The notes below the pieces were generated by a model. It saw only the letters and a program-made list of their open reading frames with translations, searched no databases and was not told the DNA's origin. Positions 59,017-64,000 of a stretch of DNA of 64,000 bases are shown piece after piece (position 1 is the stretch's first letter; each line of letters starts with the position of its first letter). The DNA is taken from contig JAKFBS010000003.1 of the NCBI GenBank assembly GCA_036677065.1, positions 192,001 to 256,000 on the forward strand, written 5' to 3'. The DNA is from Bdellovibrio sp. (GTDB taxonomy: Bacteria; Bdellovibrionota; Bdellovibrionia; Bdellovibrionales; Bdellovibrionaceae). Position numbers and translations under genes: made by a program.

Positions 59017-59058
59017 TGTTCCAAGGCTGAATTGACACTGTTCCAAGCGTATGGAACA
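59017..59058. promoter_or_regulatory. Palindromic operator TGTTCC-N8-GGAACA plus extra half-site
   Basis: TGTTCCAAGCGTATGGAACA at 59039-59058; extra TGTTCCAAG at 59017. Confidence 0.6.
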
Positions 59059-59068
59059 GTTGACAGCT

Positions 59069-59830
59069 ATGAAATTTGAAAAAAAATTACACGAAGGAAT
59101 TTTACACTCACGCTACAAAAGATTTTTTGCAGATGTAGAATTAGACGGAGAAAAATTCACCATCCACGTGCCAAATACGGGTTCATTAAAAGCGGTGATT
59201 GAAAAAAATCCGGCACAACCACAGAAATGTTGGTTCTCGCTTCACGGTGATGCGACGAAAAAATTAAAAGGCACACTTGAAGCTGTGCAAACTGAAGAAG
59301 GCGCTTGGGTGGGGGTGAATACTTCGAATCCAAACCGTGTCGTGACTGAGGCCATTCAGAATGCCATCGAATCTGGTCAGCCATTTTTAAAAGAGTGGTC
59401 TGAATACAGTTTTTATAAACCAGAATATAAAATTTCAAAAGAAACCCGTTTAGACGGGGTGTTTTTATTTAAACAAATCGATTTAGATAACCCCAAAGCG
59501 AAAAAACATTTCATCGAAATTAAAAACACAACTTTTAGATCTAAAATTGAAAAAAAACCGCACGCCCAATTTCCCGATGCGGTCACTGAACGTGGGCAAA
59601 AGCATGTGCAAGAGATGATGCACCTGATGCAACAAGGGCATAAATGCGAATTAATTTTTGCCGTTCAACGTAATGACGTGGATTTTTTTTCGCCCTGTGA
59701 TTTAGATCCTGATTATGTAAAGCTTTTAAAAAAAGCTTTCAAAGAGGGATTAATTATCTCTCCACTGATTGTTGATATTACTCGTGATGAAGTAAAATTA
59801 ACGACGAAGAAATTAGACATCATTCTTTAA
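59069..59830 (+). CDS. sfsA: SfsA-family nuclease; start probably ATG 59069
   Basis: RYKRFFADV, HVPNTGS, RLD, IEIKN, FPDAVTERGQKH. Confidence 0.92.
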   Translation: MKFEKKLHEGILHSRYKRFFADVELDGEKFTIHVPNTGSLKAVIEKNPAQPQKCWFSLHGDATKKLKGTLEAVQTEEGAWVGVNTSNPNRVVTEAIQNAIESGQPFLKEWSEYSFYKPEYKISKETRLDGVFLFKQIDLDNPKAKKHFIEIKNTTFRSKIEKKPHAQFPDAVTERGQKHVQEMMHLMQQGHKCELIFAVQRNDVDFFSPCDLDPDYVKLLKKAFKEGLIISPLIVDITRDEVKLTTKKLDIIL

Positions 59831-61885
59831 TTACATTTTTGTGCAGATAGCCCAGACCGTGCCTGCGGTAATACTTGAAGTCCAGTTGCATTGCCATTGA
59901 TTATCGTTAATAGGATAAGACGATTTTAAATTACCTGCGCTGGCACCGGCATCGCATCCACCACCGATTATTTTTTTTCCGGCAGAGCAGGTCGCAGCGC
60001 ATGAAGCGGTTAGCGTGCATGCAGCACCTACGCGTTCATAACCACCAAACGCAGAAGTCGTTTGTGAAGTGCCATCGGCATACTCATAACCACCTGCTGT
60101 CGTACGAATTGAGCCGTTCACAGTAAGGGCTGTGGTTGGCGTATTGGTGCCGATACCGACTTTTCCACTTGGTGTTAGAGTTAAGTGCGCTCCTGTGCCT
60201 GTTCCGAGTTGCACACCATTTACTGCGTTCAATACCATGGCATCAGTAATTGTATTTGGCCCCATGAAACCTGCATTACCTAAACCTAAATTAGCTACTT
60301 CGCCGCCACCTTTTACAAAAGTCATGTACTGATTGTTTGGGCTTTCAAAACGAGCAATTTCATTGTTTATAGTACTGCTAACGATAAAGCTTCCGGCAAC
60401 ACGAACTGCGTTTCCTGTATTTGGGACTAAATTAATATCAACCGGTGAATTAAAGTGCGTGATATTATCAATAGAATTTGCGTTATTTCCCATAGGAATT
60501 GTTTGGCGCAGATTTGCTTGGTTGGTTAAGTATAAACGGCTGCCATCGTATTCGATCGCACCAGCTGTCGGCGTTGACTGTAAGGTGCCACTTGAAACTC
60601 GTAACGGAGCTAAGGTAGAAGTTCCAGCAGCAAGATGTAATCGAGCCGCTGGAGAACCCACGCCGATACCAATGTTGCCATCATTTCGAACTACGAATGT
60701 CGTTGCGCCATAAGAAGAAACTTTTAAGCCGTACTGAGACGGACTACTGTTATCAACATTTACTTTTAATCCAAACCCATCTGAATTTGTATTGTTTAAT
60801 GAAGCAATAATTGAATTCGAAACTGAAGCTGGAGCAAATGCAGTCAAACCAACATTGGAATAAGTCGTCGATGAGCCAACAGTAGCATTGCTGGTGGTGT
60901 AAATTCCACCCGCACCAGTTACCCACATAGAGCCACTGCTGGCGGCGGGAACAGTCATTGGTCCCCAACTTGAACCGTCGTAATAAAGAATTTGTCCAGA
61001 CACCGGAGCTGTTGCAGACAAAGTAATGCCGCGAATTTTTTGAAGCGTGGTCGTTGATGAACCTGCGGTCGTAGAAACATCACCCGAAAAACTTGGAAGA
61101 CTTGAAGCTGATAATATTCCGGAGACTTCGGTGGTGGCTAAATTTATAGAATTTTTTGTAGCTAATATTCCTAAACCTAAATTTGCGCGCGCCGCGGTCG
61201 CAGAAGTTAAATCAGATAAGTTATTCGATTTATTTGCAGGTGTATAACCTAAAGCTGTAGTAACTGAAGAAGATGTGACTGCGGGAGCACTTGGATTAAC
61301 CCAAGCCAAACCTGAAACAGTCTTTGTTAAAATTTGTCCATTACTGCCACCGTAAAATACCATCACAGAATCATTCGATGCTTCGATAAAATCTGCAGCT
61401 ACTTTTCCGTTAAGCATAGTGGCGTTATGAGCATAAGGCACAGTGCCTAGTTTGATTGATGCCGTAATGCTTTCTGCGCCGTAATAAACTTGGGCTAAGC
61501 GAGTGTCTGAAGGGGTTACCGAACAATCGTTTCCGGCAAATGTCGTTGTGCCTGAAACAAAACCAAAAAATAAATTTTGCGTAAAACCATTTGGTGAACC
61601 GGGGATTAAAGACGAACTGCCGATGCGGTGATTGATATTACCTTGGCTGTCGCCAGCAACTGCCGTTGATTCGCCGTAAAGATAACAGCCGTTAGCTGAA
61701 ATATAAAAAACTAAAGAAGCACCTGATAAATCAATGGGATTGCCACTGCTGTCTGTTAGTGAACCTTCAAAAACGATTTGTTGATTTTCAGATGATTGGG
61801 CAAATGACGGCAACGCAAAAAGCAAAGTGAAAGCTATTGCTATTAAATAATTGAGCACATGAGAGGGTCTAGCACTGACGTTCAT
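59831..61885 (-). CDS. Secreted fibre-like adhesin (phage-tail-fibre-like, Bdellovibrio mosaic adhesive trimer-type)
   Basis: Signal peptide; TVPYA, ALGYTPANK, GNIGIG/GKVGIGT repeats, GAIEYDG; Cys-rich tip domain. Confidence 0.75.
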   Translation of the reverse strand: MNVSARPSHVLNYLIAIAFTLLFALPSFAQSSENQQIVFEGSLTDSSGNPIDLSGASLVFYISANGCYLYGESTAVAGDSQGNINHRIGSSSLIPGSPNGFTQNLFFGFVSGTTTFAGNDCSVTPSDTRLAQVYYGAESITASIKLGTVPYAHNATMLNGKVAADFIEASNDSVMVFYGGSNGQILTKTVSGLAWVNPSAPAVTSSSVTTALGYTPANKSNNLSDLTSATAARANLGLGILATKNSINLATTEVSGILSASSLPSFSGDVSTTAGSSTTTLQKIRGITLSATAPVSGQILYYDGSSWGPMTVPAASSGSMWVTGAGGIYTTSNATVGSSTTYSNVGLTAFAPASVSNSIIASLNNTNSDGFGLKVNVDNSSPSQYGLKVSSYGATTFVVRNDGNIGIGVGSPAARLHLAAGTSTLAPLRVSSGTLQSTPTAGAIEYDGSRLYLTNQANLRQTIPMGNNANSIDNITHFNSPVDINLVPNTGNAVRVAGSFIVSSTINNEIARFESPNNQYMTFVKGGGEVANLGLGNAGFMGPNTITDAMVLNAVNGVQLGTGTGAHLTLTPSGKVGIGTNTPTTALTVNGSIRTTAGGYEYADGTSQTTSAFGGYERVGAACTLTASCAATCSAGKKIIGGGCDAGASAGNLKSSYPINDNQWQCNWTSSITAGTVWAICTKM

Positions 61886-61893
61886 TCAATAAC

Positions 61894-61921
61894 TTATCGG
61901 TAAAAACCAGATGAAGGTTTA
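61894..61921 (-). promoter_or_regulatory. sigma28-like promoter
   Basis: TAAA-N16-ACCGATAA, ending 8 nt before the ATG. Confidence 0.6.
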
Positions 61922-61959
61922 GCACCAAAGTCTGTTTATCTGTTTCATTGTGAGACGTT

Positions 61960-63156
61960 TTAAGGTGGCACTACAATTTGTGGCGTGTTGTAAGTTCCTG
62001 AGAAAATGCCAATACCAAGTTGGCCATTATTATTCGAGCCCCAGCACTTCATCGTTTTTGTTGCGGTAATACCGCAAGTATGAGTGCCGCCAGCAGAAAC
62101 AGAAACGTAAGCTGTACCCGAATCAATGATCACCGGAGAAGTCCGGCCTGTTGTTGAGTTGTCACCTAATTGTCCGTTCGCGTTTTCGCCCCAGCATTTT
62201 AATACACCAGTTGTTGTAATTGCACAGCTCGAGTCATCAGCGACTGAAACTGTGCTATAGACTGTGCCTGCATCAATAATATATGGCGTACTTCTGGTGC
62301 CTGGGAGTGCGCCGCCGTCGCCGAGTTGTCCGTTGGCATCGGTTCCCCAACATTTTAAAACACCACTCATCGTAATGGCGCAACTGTGGTAAAGCCCCAA
62401 TGACACCGAGGCATAAGCGGTTGCACCATCAATTGTAACTGGTAAAAATCTTTGCGTGAAGGTGCCATCACCTAATTGGCTATTGTCGTTCAGACCCCAA
62501 CATTTTAAAATGTGACCAGTTGTTATCCCACAGGTATGAAATGCGCCGACAGCCACAGTCTTATAGCTAACACCTGAATCAATTGTGATTGGAGAATTTT
62601 TTTGTACCGTGGTGCCATCACCTAAATTGCCATCTAAATTATATCCCCAACATCTCAGCGCATTGTCTCTAGCGATGGCGCAAGTATGGCGGTACTGAGA
62701 TTTTACAAATTTGTAGCGCGTAGTCGGATCGACAACTTGCGGAGTATAACTTGCGCCGCCGCTACTGTCGCCGGTTCCAAGTTTTCCGTAAATGTTATCG
62801 CCCCAGCTCATCAGCACGCCGGTCAGGGTAATTCCATAGGTTGTTCCGTACGAACTTCCTGCCGCAGACCGGGCCGTATCTAATTGAATAAAGCCCGAGC
62901 GAATCGGTATTGGCTTAACACTTCCGCTCGTAGTGTTGTTACCAATTTGTCCTGCAGAATTGGAGCCCCAACAGTTGGCCCAACCTAATTCATTAAGACT
63001 ACAGGTGTATAAACCACTGGGCGACATGTAACTAATGACTTTCGGTTTTCCGATGTGATGCGAGGTATGCATGCCCCCCGGCGAGGCAAAAGTAAATTGA
63101 CTCACTAACAGGATCAGCGTGCTCATTAAAAAATGAAAAGAGATTTTCAAATTCAT
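61960..63156 (-). CDS. Secreted RCC1/BLIP-II repeat beta-propeller protein
   Basis: About 7 repeats of HTCxI...LKCWGxNxxGQLGDG. Confidence 0.9.
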   Translation of the reverse strand: MNLKISFHFLMSTLILLVSQFTFASPGGMHTSHHIGKPKVISYMSPSGLYTCSLNELGWANCWGSNSAGQIGNNTTSGSVKPIPIRSGFIQLDTARSAAGSSYGTTYGITLTGVLMSWGDNIYGKLGTGDSSGGASYTPQVVDPTTRYKFVKSQYRHTCAIARDNALRCWGYNLDGNLGDGTTVQKNSPITIDSGVSYKTVAVGAFHTCGITTGHILKCWGLNDNSQLGDGTFTQRFLPVTIDGATAYASVSLGLYHSCAITMSGVLKCWGTDANGQLGDGGALPGTRSTPYIIDAGTVYSTVSVADDSSCAITTTGVLKCWGENANGQLGDNSTTGRTSPVIIDSGTAYVSVSAGGTHTCGITATKTMKCWGSNNNGQLGIGIFSGTYNTPQIVVPP

Positions 63157-63158
63157 AA

Positions 63159-64000
63159 TTATTGATAGCCTGGTGTCCAGCTAATGTAACAATCCCAGTT
63201 AACACCGTTTTTCACAGTGACAACACCAAACATCGTTCTGGTGCCTGGAACAGTCTGTGAATTTGCCGGAGCATAATAAGAAGTCGTGCAACCAGCAAAT
63301 GTATAGGCGCGCGCCACGGGGTCAGTCACGATAACTGTGTATGTACCACCCTCAACAATATTATTAAGGGTGATGGCACTGCCACCGACAGAATTTAAAA
63401 TAAACATATTCGAAAGTGATAAATCAAGTACGCTGCCAGTGGCTATGACTTGCGGTTTGCTGACAATGGCGCCGGCAACATGAAGTTTAGCTTGTGGAGT
63501 AGGAGTGCCGATTCCGATGTTACCATTATTTGTTACAGTCATCCGCACTTGTCCTGTAGTCGTCGCATTGGGAACTGTAACTAATCGAATTTCTGAACCT
63601 TGATTGCTATCGGAGTGCGTTTCTGTACTAAAGATCTCAATCCCGCTGTATCCCACAGGGTTAACGCCATTCGAAGCATTGAAATAAGCCAAGCGATCGC
63701 CACCCAGCGGAAACGAAGGCAACGAAGCTGTGCCTCTGGCTCTGAACCCAGCAAAGCCTCCGGCAACATATGAATTAGCAGAGCTATATGCGTTTGAACT
63801 AATTGTCGCGTAATCATCATTACTAACTTGTAATCTACTTGTTGGATTACTGGTGCCAATACCTACGTTACCGTTAGAACTCACTCGTACCCGTTCGGCC
63901 ATTGTGCCATTAGAATTTGTCGCGATAGTTAAATAACTATTAATTGCTGTACCAAGATTTGTTTCTGCATAACCACTCACGGCAACAAGATTGGCGTAAG
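63159..64000 (-). CDS. Fibre-like adhesin, C-terminal part (5' end outside the window)
   Basis: Reading frame is open to the window edge; ERVR..SNGNVGIGTSNP and GNIGIGTPTP..KLHV repeats. Confidence 0.75.
   Translation of the reverse strand, partial: YANLVAVSGYAETNLGTAINSYLTIATNSNGTMAERVRVSSNGNVGIGTSNPTSRLQVSNDDYATISSNAYSSANSYVAGGFAGFRARGTASLPSFPLGGDRLAYFNASNGVNPVGYSGIEIFSTETHSDSNQGSEIRLVTVPNATTTGQVRMTVTNNGNIGIGTPTPQAKLHVAGAIVSKPQVIATGSVLDLSLSNMFILNSVGGSAITLNNIVEGGTYTVIVTDPVARAYTFAGCTTSYYAPANSQTVPGTRTMFGVVTVKNGVNWDCYISWTPGYQ

Noticed and set aside
59051..59068. ATG 59051 as the sfsA start
   Set aside because: It lies inside the palindromic operator; ATG 59069 (MKFEKKL) fits the SfsA N-terminus better.
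703..63859. Many short ORFs antisense to or frame-shifted within long genes (e.g. 8458..8847, 32336..32692, 52756..53247, 60333..60713)
   Set aside because: They overlap well-supported genes and show no motifs or RBS; typical shadow ORFs.
1..64000. CRISPR array, cas genes, rRNA, IS elements
   Set aside because: I saw no regularly spaced repeat-spacer array, transposase or rRNA-like sequence.
59831..64000. Prophage tail module
   Set aside because: The proteins whose N-termini are in the window have Sec signal peptides and no capsid, terminase or baseplate genes are present; cellular adhesins fit better.

Overview
AT-rich (roughly 40% GC by eye) bacterial chromosomal segment, most likely from a predatory Bdellovibrionaceae member. 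This is inferred from an FHA-GGDEF DgcB-like cyclase, two TIGR02147-type regulators, trimeric fibre-like adhesins, an RCC1-repeat protein, a secreted trypsin-like protease and a short flagellin. The left edge holds a frameshifted tyrosine-integrase remnant beside tRNA-Leu(TAG). The core genes are a split glycine cleavage system (gcvT-gcvH, gcvP), tldD/E, epmA, flagellin, IHF/HU, mutT-pyrD-gdh, an HldA-type kinase, rlmN, a c-di-GMP cluster, an ECF sigma locus, cti, a PIN-PhoH protein, lipA-E2-lpdA-lipB, argS and sfsA. The most interesting signals are non-coding: (1) a palindrome TGYTYC-N8-GGARCA seen four times, twice beside TIGR02147 regulator and secreted-protein cassettes; (2) a second palindrome, TGTYTYA-N3-TGAGAC, seen five or six times, usually just upstream of sigma28-like promoters; (3) a candidate ~70-nt sRNA; (4) repeated leaderless-type promoter geometry. 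No CRISPR array or rRNA was seen. All calls come from reading the sequence; no database searches were run.
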